Source: an uncultured Chthonomonas sp. (lineage in GTDB: Bacteria > Armatimonadota > Chthonomonadetes > Chthonomonadales > CAJBBX01). Taken from it: DNA of 64,000 nucleotides. The translations under genes and the position numbers were made by a program. The notes below the pieces were generated by a model, which had not been told where the DNA came from, ran no database searches, and saw only the letters and a list, made by a program, of their open reading frames with translations. Shown one piece after another: positions 29,728 through 39,172 of this stretch; position 1 is the first letter of the stretch; every line of letters begins with the position of its first letter. The stretch spans positions 48,286-112,285 of the forward strand of contig CAJBBX010000083.1 in assembly GCA_903951425.1 (NCBI GenBank). The letters are read 5' to 3'.

Positions 29728-32310
29728 ATGAAGAGGGCATGCCTGATGGCGATCACGATGGCGATGGGCGCCGCGTCCCTGGCCGCACCCGGCGCGGATA
29801 GGCGGGCGATCCCGCCGCATGCGGCGTTCCGGCGTTTCGATGCGGCGGCCTTCGCCAAGCCGGAGGCCTTCTTCTGGCCCGGATACATGTGGATATGGAA
29901 CGACAAGCTTGACCCGGCGGCCACCCGCGCCCAGCTGGCCGACATGGCCTCCCACGGCGCCATGGCCCCCATGGCCATACCCGAGCCCAGGGAGTTCCGT
30001 CCCGTCAACATGCCCACGCTCCTGGAGCCCGACTACCTGAGCAGCGGCTTCATGGACCAGGTTCGCGTGGCCGTGGACGAGGCCGCCCGCCTGGGCATGT
30101 GTACCTGGCTCTACGACGAGGGCGGCTGGCCCAGCGGAAGCGCCTGCGGCCGCGTGGTCGCCAAGGACCCAACGGTCGTGCAGAGGCAGGTCCGTTGGAG
30201 CTGGTCCAAGCCGAAGCCCGGCGAGGCGTTCCGCGCGCCCGCCGACTGCCTGGTGGCCTACACGCGCATCGGCAAGGAGCCCTGGCGGCGGCTGGAGCCC
30301 GGCGCTGAGCGCAGCTTCGCCGAGGCGGGCCGCGCCCTCGTCATCACCGCGCCCACGTCCGGTCGCTACCCGGACCTGACCAATGCCAGGGCTACGCGCC
30401 TCTTCATCGAGCTCACGCACGAGGCCTACAAGCGCGCCGTGGGGCACGAGTTCGGCAAGTCGATCCCGCTCATCTTCACCGACGAGCCCGGCTGCGGGGG
30501 CCTGCCCTGGCCCGAGGATGCCGTGGAGGACTTCCGCGCGAAGAAGGGCTACGACTTGCGCGACCGCCTCTTCGCCCTCATCGAGCCCGAGACCGACGCC
30601 GAGCGGCAGGTGCGCGTGGATTACTTCGACTGGTGGTCCGACCGTTTCGCGCAGAACTACCTGGGCCAGATTCAGGAGTGGTGCGGCAGGAACGGCATCC
30701 TCTCCGGCGGCCATCTGAATGGCGAGGACGTCACGCTGGGCTCCCGGATGTACGGCTTTGGCCAGATGCTCCGAGCCCTGCGGCGGCTCGACATCCCCGG
30801 CGTCGACGTCATCTGGCGGCAGCTCTGGCCCGGCCAGGCGAACCACTTCTTCCCCAAGTACGCCTCCACCGTGGCACGGCAGGAGGGCGGCCGCTTCGCC
30901 ATGAGCGAGAGCTTCGCCGTCTTCGGCAACGGCATGACGCCCGAGCAGATGAAGTGGCTCGTCGACTACCAGCTCGTCCGCGGCATCCAGCTTTTCGACC
31001 TGGCCGCCTATCCCTACTCCTCGCGCGACTGGTTCATGGGCGGCGAGCGGCCCCACTTCGGCCCTGCCAACCCGCTCTGGAAGCACATGCCGCGCCTCCA
31101 CGCCTACATCGCCCGCATGGGCCGCCTGATGAGCCTGGGCCGCGCCGACTGCCGCACGCTGCTCTACTTCCCCGTACGCGACATCTGGGCCGGCGCACCC
31201 GATCTGGAGCAGGTGCGGGCCTCGCAGGACGACCTGGCCAACGCCCTGCTCTCGGCCCAGCGCGAATTCGACTTCGTGGATGACGACGCCCTGACGCGCC
31301 CCGCCACCCGCGTCGCCGGCGGCCGCCTCCGCATCGGCGAGATGGAGTACGACAGCGTGCTGGTGAGCCGCGCCTCGTGGATCCCCGAGGCGTCCATGCA
31401 GCGGCTGAAGGCCTTCGCGGCAGCGGGCGGGCGCGTCGTCTGGGTCGATCGTCCGTCAGGCCTCCCGGCTCCCGGCTTCGGTGTGGCGGCCACGCGCAGC
31501 GACGCCGTTGCCATGGTGACCCCCGTGGTGCGCGTCGAAGCGGCCAATGCCGCCATACGGGCCACCGGGCGCCGCTTCACCGGCGGGGCCGCCTACCTCA
31601 TCACCAACGAGGGCGCCGGCCCGACCCGCTGCTCCGTCGTCATCGACCGGCCCCAGCGCCCGCGCCTGCTGGATGCCGAGACCGGGCGCATCCTGCGCAT
31701 TGCTACGGCCCAGCCCTGCGGCGAGGGGTGGCGCGTGGAGCTTGACCTGCCCTTCGGGGGCTCCGCGGCCCTGCTCTGCGGCGGCCAGGGGCGCGCCGAG
31801 GGCGAGGCAGTCCCGGCCATCGCCGAGACCGCCTCCTTCGAAGCGGCATGGACCCTCACACCCCTCCGAGCGTGGAGCTTCGGCGAGCATGACTTCGAGG
31901 AGCGCCCCGGCGACGGCCGCCCGGTGGCCGCGCTCCCGGCCGACTTCTCCGGCGAGGCCGAGTACAGCGCCGCCCTCCCCTTGACCGAGCAGCATGCCCG
32001 CCTCGGCGCCGAGGTCGAGCTGAGCGGCGTCCGCTTTGCCTGCGAGGTGGAGGTCAACGGCAAGGCCGTCGGCTCGCGGCTCTGGGGCCCCTGGCGCTTC
32101 CCGGTGAAGGGCCTGCTCAAGCCTGGCGCCAACATCGTCCGCGTGCGGGTAACCAACACACTGGCCAACCTCTACGTCAACAGCGACGCCCTGAGCCGCT
32201 TCACGGCTAACCAACTGGGTCCCTACCACCCCCGCGCGGTGGCCTTCGAGCGAGAGAGCGTCACCACCGACCTGCTCGGATCGCGGCTACTCCTCCACCT
32301 GACGGATTGA
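29728..32310 (+). CDS. Secreted GH106-like (alpha-L-rhamnosidase-like) glycoside hydrolase
   Basis: WIWN, WLYDEGGWPSG, FTDEP, PGVD, SESFA; C-terminal sugar-binding domain VRVTNTLAN. Confidence 0.8.
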   Translation: MKRACLMAITMAMGAASLAAPGADRRAIPPHAAFRRFDAAAFAKPEAFFWPGYMWIWNDKLDPAATRAQLADMASHGAMAPMAIPEPREFRPVNMPTLLEPDYLSSGFMDQVRVAVDEAARLGMCTWLYDEGGWPSGSACGRVVAKDPTVVQRQVRWSWSKPKPGEAFRAPADCLVAYTRIGKEPWRRLEPGAERSFAEAGRALVITAPTSGRYPDLTNARATRLFIELTHEAYKRAVGHEFGKSIPLIFTDEPGCGGLPWPEDAVEDFRAKKGYDLRDRLFALIEPETDAERQVRVDYFDWWSDRFAQNYLGQIQEWCGRNGILSGGHLNGEDVTLGSRMYGFGQMLRALRRLDIPGVDVIWRQLWPGQANHFFPKYASTVARQEGGRFAMSESFAVFGNGMTPEQMKWLVDYQLVRGIQLFDLAAYPYSSRDWFMGGERPHFGPANPLWKHMPRLHAYIARMGRLMSLGRADCRTLLYFPVRDIWAGAPDLEQVRASQDDLANALLSAQREFDFVDDDALTRPATRVAGGRLRIGEMEYDSVLVSRASWIPEASMQRLKAFAAAGGRVVWVDRPSGLPAPGFGVAATRSDAVAMVTPVVRVEAANAAIRATGRRFTGGAAYLITNEGAGPTRCSVVIDRPQRPRLLDAETGRILRIATAQPCGEGWRVELDLPFGGSAALLCGGQGRAEGEAVPAIAETASFEAAWTLTPLRAWSFGEHDFEERPGDGRPVAALPADFSGEAEYSAALPLTEQHARLGAEVELSGVRFACEVEVNGKAVGSRLWGPWRFPVKGLLKPGANIVRVRVTNTLANLYVNSDALSRFTANQLGPYHPRAVAFERESVTTDLLGSRLLLHLTD

Positions 32311-32484
32311 GCCGGACTCGGGCCCGGTGGTGCGCCGTTGCTGGTTGCCCGGAGTGCGTAGCGCGCCGGGCCGTCGGTTGAGTAGGTCCGCGCCGCCGTT
32401 CGCGCGGACCGTATCGAAACCACGGCGCGACAACTCGGAGGGCAATGACAATCGGCCTGCGTGCAGCTTGATATCGTCCGGGTA

Positions 32485-32493
32485 TGCTATAAT
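32485..32493 (+). promoter_or_regulatory. Extended -10 promoter element of tRNA-Pro
   Basis: TGCTATAAT ends 11 nt before the tRNA; a TTGATA hexamer lies only 14 bp upstream of the -10. Confidence 0.65.
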
Positions 32494-32504
32494 GTCTCCT
32501 GCCT

Positions 32505-32581
32505 CGGGGTGTGGCTCAGCTTGGTAGAGCGCGCGGTTCGGGACTGCGAGGTCGGAGGTTCAAATCCTCTCACCCCGACCA
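32505..32581 (+). tRNA. tRNA-Pro (anticodon CGG), CCA encoded
   Basis: Acceptor CGGGGTG/CACCCCG, D arm GCTC/GAGC, anticodon stem CGCGG/CTGCG with loop TTCGGGA, T loop TTCAAAT, 3' ACCA. Confidence 0.97.
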
Positions 32582-32591
32582 AGGCGAAGAG

Positions 32592-32626
32592 TTCGAGGGC
32601 ACAAACATCTGGTTTGTGCCCTCGAA
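32592..32626. terminator. 15-bp perfect hairpin between the convergent tRNA and CDS
   Basis: TTCGAGGGCACAAAC - ATCTG - GTTTGTGCCCTCGAA. Confidence 0.7.
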
Positions 32627-32690
32627 GTCGTTTGTGCCCTGTTTCAACCCCATCACGTCGCGTACCCACACACCTCCACCGGCATGGCGG

Positions 32691-35033
32691 CTATCTGGGC
32701 GGGTCGCTCCGGATGCCCTTGCCGGTCACGAACGCCAGGTCCTCGAAGATCACTTCGGCGCCCGGTATGCCTGAACAACCGATGTACAGGCCCTCCAGTG
32801 GCGCTCCGGCCCGGGACATCTCCTGCACCGCCGGGTCCAGTGTGGTGGCGTAGCGGCCGAGGTGCGGGAACTCGCCGAAAGGGATATAGTCGGCCAGGGG
32901 GCTGTCGGGCGCGTCGAACCGGCCCTGGAGCTTGATCACCCACGAGCCGCCCGTCAGCCATCGGACCGTCATGTTCATCTGGCTGCAGCCGGAAGGCAGC
33001 AGGAGGCCGGGGAGGCGCGCCAGTCCCCACTTGGCCTCAGGCGCGAGCTTCACCCGGATGCCGCGCGCGGTGGCGGCCACCGTGGCGCCGTTGACGCCCT
33101 GCCAGTTCTCTGCCCGCCGCCAGATCGTGTCGGACCATGGCAGGGGAGCTGTCGTCCGCGTCTCGGCCGGGCGCCCCGCGACGCTGCGGCGCGAGGCCGG
33201 CGCCTGGGCAGCGAGGTGCATCAGCGTGCCGAGGTCCACGATCTCGAACCGCTCGGGGTCCAGCCGCTTCCGCAGCTCCCCCAGCGCCTCGGGCAGGTCG
33301 TTCTGGAGCCCATAGAACTCCAGGAAGGCGGGGAGGCTTCGCTCGGCGTAGGCCTTGTTCAGGTACTCGAGCAGCTTGTCCCAGTCGATGGTCCAGTGGT
33401 TTCCCCCAACCTTGCCCCAGGTCATCATCCAGTAGTAGGCCTCGCCGGCGGACAGCACTGGCGTCCGGTTTGGACCCGCGAAGGAGAGCCAGCCGTACCT
33501 GTGCGCGCCGGAGGGCTTGGGGAGGATGCCGCGAACCCCGGGCAACTCCCGCGCCAGCGCGTCGAACGCGTATTGCTGGTTGCTCCCCCAGAGCGAGACA
33601 TCCCGCACGTTCACCGTTTCCCGGATTACCCGCGCGGTGTTGCGGATGTGCTTGTCGACCAGGCCGGGCGGCATGAAGTCCATGTGGACATAACCGGCTC
33701 CGCTGGGGGCGCAGGCGAAGTGATCGGCCGGCGTCTTGGTCATGAAGTAGTAGTCGAACAGGGCCGGGAAGCGAGCCACGAGCAGCGGGTTCAGGTACCA
33801 GGTCCGGGGCACGTCGCAACGCGGCCGGTGGTCGGACCAGTCGAGCCTGGGCGCCTCGTCGCCGTCGAAGCGGGCTAGGGCATCGTAGACCTGGCTGCCC
33901 GGCCACCCCCACCACTGGAGGTTAGCCTTGAGGCCGAGGGTGTCGCCTTCGTTGCTCGTGAAGGCGATGTAGACCTTCTTCTTTGGCCTGTCGACGCGGG
34001 GGCGATCGTCCTGCCGGAACGGCAGCTTCACCAGGGGCTTGACGGCTGCGTGGAACGAGAGGTTGCCCGCGCCCGGCGTGTGGACCATGGAGTGGCCCCA
34101 ACGGCTCTGGTCGGCCTCGGCGGTGCCCCAACCGTAGCAGATCGCCGGGGCGCGGAGCTTCCGCATAATCGCGGCGAACGTCGCGGCGTCGTCGGGCGAC
34201 CCGGCGAGGCCCGTGCCCTGCGGGTTGGGGCCGCCGGCCACCAGCGTCGATGAAGCCTGGAGGCTGCTGATGTTGTACAGGAACGCCTTCTGGTGGAAGC
34301 CCACATCGGCGCCGATCAGGTAGTCGGGCCACTCGTTGGGTCCCATGAGGTTGTCGGGGAACCTGGCGTCCGGGCAGTATGAGCAGCCGGGGGCGAGCCT
34401 CGGGAGGCAGTTGGCCAGCAGCCAGCCATAGGCGGCGCGGCGCGACGGGAACTGGTTGCGCCCCACGGTCGCCACGATGCGGGCCGCACCGAAGGCGCCC
34501 CGATGCCGGCGGTAGAGGTCGGTCGAGACCGGCACGCAGAAGTTGGCGGAGGCGATGTTGCCCGCCACAAAGTGGTTGTCCGAGTTCGCCGCGTCGTAGA
34601 GGATCAGGCCGTTGAAGTGCGGCACGAGGGTGCGCACGAACGCATCGAAGGACGGCCCCTTGTTGACGAAGCGGAAGCCGTGCTTGTCGCGGTACCAGGC
34701 GCGCCAGACGTACTCGGTCTTGTAGCCGTAGATCGTGTGGTCGAGCCAGACTAGCGGCCCGCTCCGGTTGACCATCCCCTGGATGGCGTAGCGCGTCCAC
34801 TTCTCGTCGAAGAGGGGAAGCAGGCGCGCAGCGGCGCCGGGCGCGAACTGGGGCTCGCCGTGCCAGACGAAGCTCAGGACCTCGCGCGGCTTGAGGCTGA
34901 GGTCGCGGGGCGTGACGCGCCGCGCCGGGAGGCCGTACCAGCCGCGAAGAGGGGCTGCATCGACGCGGCAGGCCGGCGTCACCGTCCCGAGAAGGCCCAG
35001 GACGCAGAGGCCGACGGCGGTCAGTCGGGTCAT
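32691..35033 (-). CDS. Secreted GxGYxYP-like putative glycoside hydrolase
   Basis: Signal peptide; IQGMVNR, NLSFHA, YIAFTSNEGD, APSGAGY motifs. Confidence 0.7.
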   Translation of the reverse strand: MTRLTAVGLCVLGLLGTVTPACRVDAAPLRGWYGLPARRVTPRDLSLKPREVLSFVWHGEPQFAPGAAARLLPLFDEKWTRYAIQGMVNRSGPLVWLDHTIYGYKTEYVWRAWYRDKHGFRFVNKGPSFDAFVRTLVPHFNGLILYDAANSDNHFVAGNIASANFCVPVSTDLYRRHRGAFGAARIVATVGRNQFPSRRAAYGWLLANCLPRLAPGCSYCPDARFPDNLMGPNEWPDYLIGADVGFHQKAFLYNISSLQASSTLVAGGPNPQGTGLAGSPDDAATFAAIMRKLRAPAICYGWGTAEADQSRWGHSMVHTPGAGNLSFHAAVKPLVKLPFRQDDRPRVDRPKKKVYIAFTSNEGDTLGLKANLQWWGWPGSQVYDALARFDGDEAPRLDWSDHRPRCDVPRTWYLNPLLVARFPALFDYYFMTKTPADHFACAPSGAGYVHMDFMPPGLVDKHIRNTARVIRETVNVRDVSLWGSNQQYAFDALARELPGVRGILPKPSGAHRYGWLSFAGPNRTPVLSAGEAYYWMMTWGKVGGNHWTIDWDKLLEYLNKAYAERSLPAFLEFYGLQNDLPEALGELRKRLDPERFEIVDLGTLMHLAAQAPASRRSVAGRPAETRTTAPLPWSDTIWRRAENWQGVNGATVAATARGIRVKLAPEAKWGLARLPGLLLPSGCSQMNMTVRWLTGGSWVIKLQGRFDAPDSPLADYIPFGEFPHLGRYATTLDPAVQEMSRAGAPLEGLYIGCSGIPGAEVIFEDLAFVTGKGIRSDPPR

Positions 35034-35145
35034 GCGGCTCTCCAAGCGCGGGTCCTGCCGGACGCCGGGTTCAGGCGTCCGGCAGGGATCGGGGTCGTCG
35101 TCTTCGCGCCGCCCGGTCCTGCGATGCGAGCAGGACGGCGGTAGC

Positions 35146-35757
35146 TTACTTGACCTTGATGAACTCGTCCTTGGAGCGGGCGCAGACCGGGCAGTCGGTC
35201 GGAGCGCTGCCCTTGTAGGTCGAGCCGCAGACCGGGCAGACGTAGAAGATGGCCTTCGGCTTGGCGGCGGCGAGCTCCTTGAGCGCGGCGGCGTAGAGAA
35301 CCGCGTGCTGGCGCTCGGCCGAGATGGCGTAGGTGAACGAGCGGAGGGCGCCGTCCTGCCCTTCGGCCTCGGCCTCCTTGATCATCTTCGGGTACATCAC
35401 GTCCTTCTCGTACGTCTCGCCCTTGACGGCATCCTGGATGTTGGCCGCGGTGGCGGCCGGCGTTGCGGTGTACTTCCCGGGCTTCGGGTCGGTCACGCCC
35501 AGGTCGACGAGCTCGCTCATATGGTTGGCGGCATGGATCTTCTCGGCCGACGACGCGGCTCGGAAGAGGGTTGCGGCGGCTCCGAAGCCCTCCTGGTCGG
35601 CTTTCTTGGCGTAGGCGGCGTACTTGGCGCACGCCGTGGACTCGCCGATGTAGGCGGCCTTCAGGTTCGCTACGGTCTTCTCCGACTGGGCGGCTGCCGG
35701 CATCGCGATCGCGGAGATCGCGAGCGCTCCCAACGCCGTCCAAAGTCCAACGCGCAT
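35146..35757 (-). CDS. rbr: Rubrerythrin with an N-terminal signal peptide
   Basis: Diiron ligands GES, EKIH, GETYE, ERQH; rubredoxin CPVCG...CPVC; RBS AAAGGAG; leader MRVGLWTALGALAISAIAMPAAA. Confidence 0.92.
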   Translation of the reverse strand: MRVGLWTALGALAISAIAMPAAAQSEKTVANLKAAYIGESTACAKYAAYAKKADQEGFGAAATLFRAASSAEKIHAANHMSELVDLGVTDPKPGKYTATPAATAANIQDAVKGETYEKDVMYPKMIKEAEAEGQDGALRSFTYAISAERQHAVLYAAALKELAAAKPKAIFYVCPVCGSTYKGSAPTDCPVCARSKDEFIKVK

Positions 35758-35884
35758 GGTGGTTCTCCTTTCGGGTGCGCCGCGCGCACCTCAGTTCCGG
35801 ATGCGGGTCGCCCCTCGGCACGGGTTTGCCGTGCCCTGTTGAGTATAGCGACTTGGGGCCGCAAGCCGCATGGAGCCCCCTGTC

Positions 35885-38800
35885 CTATCGCGCCTCCAGC
35901 CGCACGTCCGCCCACTGGGCCCAGTCGCAGAGGTTGGCTCCGCTGCTGTCGGTGACGAGGCTCAGGAGGATGGGCTTGCCGGACCAGGCGCGCAGGTCTA
36001 CGGAGCCCTGCTGCCAGCCAATCGGGTAGGGCATGGGCAGGTTCCAGACCGCCTGGCCGTTCACCTGCACCTGGAAGGCCACGGCATTGCCTCCCTGGCG
36101 CACGCGGGCGCGGAACGTGAGGCGCAGCGGCTGGGCCGGGAGGCGGAGCGGCCAGTCGAGGACCGTGCGACCCTCGTCCGGCGTGTGGCCGTTGATGACG
36201 CGCGTGGGCCTGCCGTCGATCTCCTCCAGCGTTACCTCGCCGCTCCCGAAGACCGACGCCTCGCGCATGATGCCGCCGGATGCGGATCCGACGATAGGCG
36301 GCAGCGCGGCCAGCTCGACGCCGGGCTCCGCGGGGAGGGCGCGGAAGAGGAGCCCGAACGGCTGCGGGCGCGGCAGCTCGACCTCCAGCACTGCGCCGCC
36401 GCCGGGCGTGGGCTTCGTGCCGACGATGCGGCCGGGGCGGTCGGGATCGCCGAAGCAGGCTTCGGTCGTCCCCCCGGGGCTGTAGACGCTGAGCCGCAGG
36501 GGCTGCGCCGAGGCCTCGCCCAGGTTGATGACCCGAGGCTGGCCCCAGACCGCCCAGTCGAAGCTGACGACACCCTTGGGTCCGGGCGATGTGGAGAGGC
36601 GCAGGACGATGGAGCGCCCTTTGAAGGCCGTCAGGTCCGCCTCGCGCCAGACCCACTTCCCGCGCAACACGTGCTCCGAGAAGAGGCGGCGGCCGTCGGC
36701 GGAGACGATGAAGGTCGCTCCGTCGCTCAGCGGCGTCACCTTGTCGTCGGCGGCCTGGCGCGCATCGGTCAGGTCGCCCAGCCCCATGGCGAAGCGGAGA
36801 AGGGTCCGGCCGGACGCCGGGACCGACACCACGTACTCGCCGTAGGTCAAGCCGCCGGCGGTACTGCCCTCATAGGGCGGATGGGCCAGGATGCCCGGAA
36901 GGGCCTCGCCGCCACAGGCCGTCTGGGCCACTTTGAAGGAGGCGCCCGATCCGACGGGCTCCTGCCGCCCGCCGACCAGGATGCCCACGGCCGCCGACGT
37001 GGCGTTCTCCACCAGGTCGGCCACCACGGCGCTCTGGCCCGACAGCACGAAGAGCGCCCGCGCCGGGTTGTCGCGCACCTCCTGCACCACGATGGGGCTG
37101 GAGGCCGATGTCAGGTGGAGGAGCTTGGGGTTCGGCGGATCGGGGCTGATGGCGTAGAGGCGCTCCGGGTCCAGGCCGAAGAGGCGCTTGCCGTCGAAGG
37201 CGCGCCAATCCAGTACGGAGCCCTCTCCCTCGTAGGTGTTCACCTTGCCGAAGAGGGCCCAGGCGGGACGGTCGGGTGCGGATCGCGGGGCCAGGCGGCG
37301 GCCCGGAGGCGTGTCGAAGATGGCGCTGACGCCGCGATCGCCGCGCCAGGAGTAGAGCTCGGCCGGGAAGCGGACCTCCTCCGGAGCGGGGATCAGGCCA
37401 TGCTGCTGGAAGTAGCGCGCCTCGGAGATGACCAGGTTGGTGCCTTCGGCGCGCGGGTTCAGCGCCCCATCGATGCTCAGGGTCGGCCAGGCGCCCATGC
37501 GGTCGAAGAAGTCGTGGTGGTTCAGGAAGCCGGGCAGGGAGCTCTCTTGCGAGGGCATCCCCAGGTGCCCGTAGAGGCCACAGAAGGGAGAGAAGAGGAG
37601 GCCGCGCACCGGGTGCATCTGCACACCGGGCGCCTTGCTGAACCAGAAGGGCTCACCGATCTGGGCGAAGGAGCAGGCCAACAGCGTTTCGTTCAGTCCC
37701 TCGGTGCCCAGGGCCACGCCGGGCAGCGCGGCGCGTAGCTCGTTGAGGTAAACCTCCACGCCCCGGGAGCTGCTCATGCCATCGATGTCGCCCTCCACGG
37801 TGGAGACCAGCGTCGGGAAGTCCAGGTGGATCGCGTCGAACCCGACCTCCTCCCAGGCCTTGCGGAAGCGCTCGATCAGCAGCTCCCGCACCGGCGCGGC
37901 GGCGGGGTTGAGGCAGTATATCTGGCAAGGGTCGCCGGGGCGGTCAAGGTACCAGCCCGCCTGCGTGCCGGATGCGCGGTCGGTCTGGATGTACCGCTCC
38001 ACGCGCGGCAGGTCGGGGCTCTTTGGGCCGATGCCCACCATGTTGCCGTGGACCATCACTCGATAGCCCAGGCCCTGGACCGCCCGGCTCCACTCCACGA
38101 AGCCCTCGCGCGGCGTGTAGTCCGGGTAGAGCACGTCGTAGGGGAGCTTGCGCCACGTGGGAACGTAGATCAGGGTCTGCCGGGCGTCGACCCGTGAGGC
38201 GAGGTCGCGCAATGCCTGCAGCGTCGTGCTGTTGGGATCGGAGACGCGCACCAGAAGGCGTATCTGCCGCGCCCAGGCGGGGTCGCGCAGGGCGATGGGC
38301 TTCCGGCCCCGGCCCCAGGCCATGCGGGCGCGGTAGGCGAGCGCGGGGACCTTCCAGTCGCCCTTGTGGGCCTGGATGCGCCAGACCGGCGACGTCACGC
38401 TCCGTGCGTCGGCCAGGGCCTGGCGGCTCTCGGTTCCGAAGCTGAGGGTCAGCTCCCGGCCGACGCGCCTTATGGCGAGGCTCTTGTAGATGGCTTCGGG
38501 GTCATCAGCCCAGATGGAGAGCCCGCCGCGTGCGCCCTGCAGCGTGACCTGCGCCGCCTGCCAGTTGGAGGGCCAGTTCCAGAGCAGGGAGCCTGGGCCG
38601 CGCATGCCGTCGATGGCCTGCCCGCCCAGGAACGGGGCCACGATGCGGGCGCGCGCCGCGTCGATGCCCGCCACGCCCCAGTGCGCCGAGAACAGGGCCG
38701 CGGCGTCGCGCTTGCCGGTCAGTTGCACGGTGAGGGAGCCATCCGGCTCGGAGCCGAGGTCCAGAGCGAGGAGGGCGCCGGCGTCGCCGGAGAGCCCGCG

Positions 38801-39112
38801 GAGGGTCACGCGGACGCCCGCGCCACGCCGAACGGCCGAAACACGCGTGGTGCGGTCCACCGAGGAGGCGCCCTTGGCGTCGCGCAGTGAGGCGGAGCAG
38901 GCCGACGTCGGCTTCGGCGCGAAGAGGCTGTCGCCGCCCGTCAGGTTCGCCACCGAGACCAGCGCGCCGTCGCGGAACGTGGCCCGCAGCGTCTGCGTGG
39001 TCACTCCGACGGTCCGCTGGTCGGGCGAAACCGTCCAGAATGCGGCCCGGCCCGCAATGGGCAGCACGCCCAGGATAAGAGTCAGCAGCCCCAGCGCGCG
39101 TCGCGATCCCAT
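35885..39112 (-). CDS. Large secreted hypothetical protein: putative glycosidase TIM barrel (DUF6259-like) plus two C-terminal carbohydrate-binding-like repeats
   Basis: Signal peptide; YDVLYPDY, DAIHLD, LGTEG; repeated W..xDLxxxxGxxIxLxL...DWAxW. Confidence 0.65.
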   Translation of the reverse strand: MGSRRALGLLTLILGVLPIAGRAAFWTVSPDQRTVGVTTQTLRATFRDGALVSVANLTGGDSLFAPKPTSACSASLRDAKGASSVDRTTRVSAVRRGAGVRVTLRGLSGDAGALLALDLGSEPDGSLTVQLTGKRDAAALFSAHWGVAGIDAARARIVAPFLGGQAIDGMRGPGSLLWNWPSNWQAAQVTLQGARGGLSIWADDPEAIYKSLAIRRVGRELTLSFGTESRQALADARSVTSPVWRIQAHKGDWKVPALAYRARMAWGRGRKPIALRDPAWARQIRLLVRVSDPNSTTLQALRDLASRVDARQTLIYVPTWRKLPYDVLYPDYTPREGFVEWSRAVQGLGYRVMVHGNMVGIGPKSPDLPRVERYIQTDRASGTQAGWYLDRPGDPCQIYCLNPAAAPVRELLIERFRKAWEEVGFDAIHLDFPTLVSTVEGDIDGMSSSRGVEVYLNELRAALPGVALGTEGLNETLLACSFAQIGEPFWFSKAPGVQMHPVRGLLFSPFCGLYGHLGMPSQESSLPGFLNHHDFFDRMGAWPTLSIDGALNPRAEGTNLVISEARYFQQHGLIPAPEEVRFPAELYSWRGDRGVSAIFDTPPGRRLAPRSAPDRPAWALFGKVNTYEGEGSVLDWRAFDGKRLFGLDPERLYAISPDPPNPKLLHLTSASSPIVVQEVRDNPARALFVLSGQSAVVADLVENATSAAVGILVGGRQEPVGSGASFKVAQTACGGEALPGILAHPPYEGSTAGGLTYGEYVVSVPASGRTLLRFAMGLGDLTDARQAADDKVTPLSDGATFIVSADGRRLFSEHVLRGKWVWREADLTAFKGRSIVLRLSTSPGPKGVVSFDWAVWGQPRVINLGEASAQPLRLSVYSPGGTTEACFGDPDRPGRIVGTKPTPGGGAVLEVELPRPQPFGLLFRALPAEPGVELAALPPIVGSASGGIMREASVFGSGEVTLEEIDGRPTRVINGHTPDEGRTVLDWPLRLPAQPLRLTFRARVRQGGNAVAFQVQVNGQAVWNLPMPYPIGWQQGSVDLRAWSGKPILLSLVTDSSGANLCDWAQWADVRLEAR

Positions 39113-39172
39113 TGGTGGTGTCCCCCTACGCAGGCAGGATACCCAAGGGTGGTTGCGGCCGGGCGGCCGATG

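Noticed and set aside
32505-32690. Genomic island integrated at tRNA-Pro
   Set aside because: No integrase and no duplicated tRNA 3' end seen in the window.
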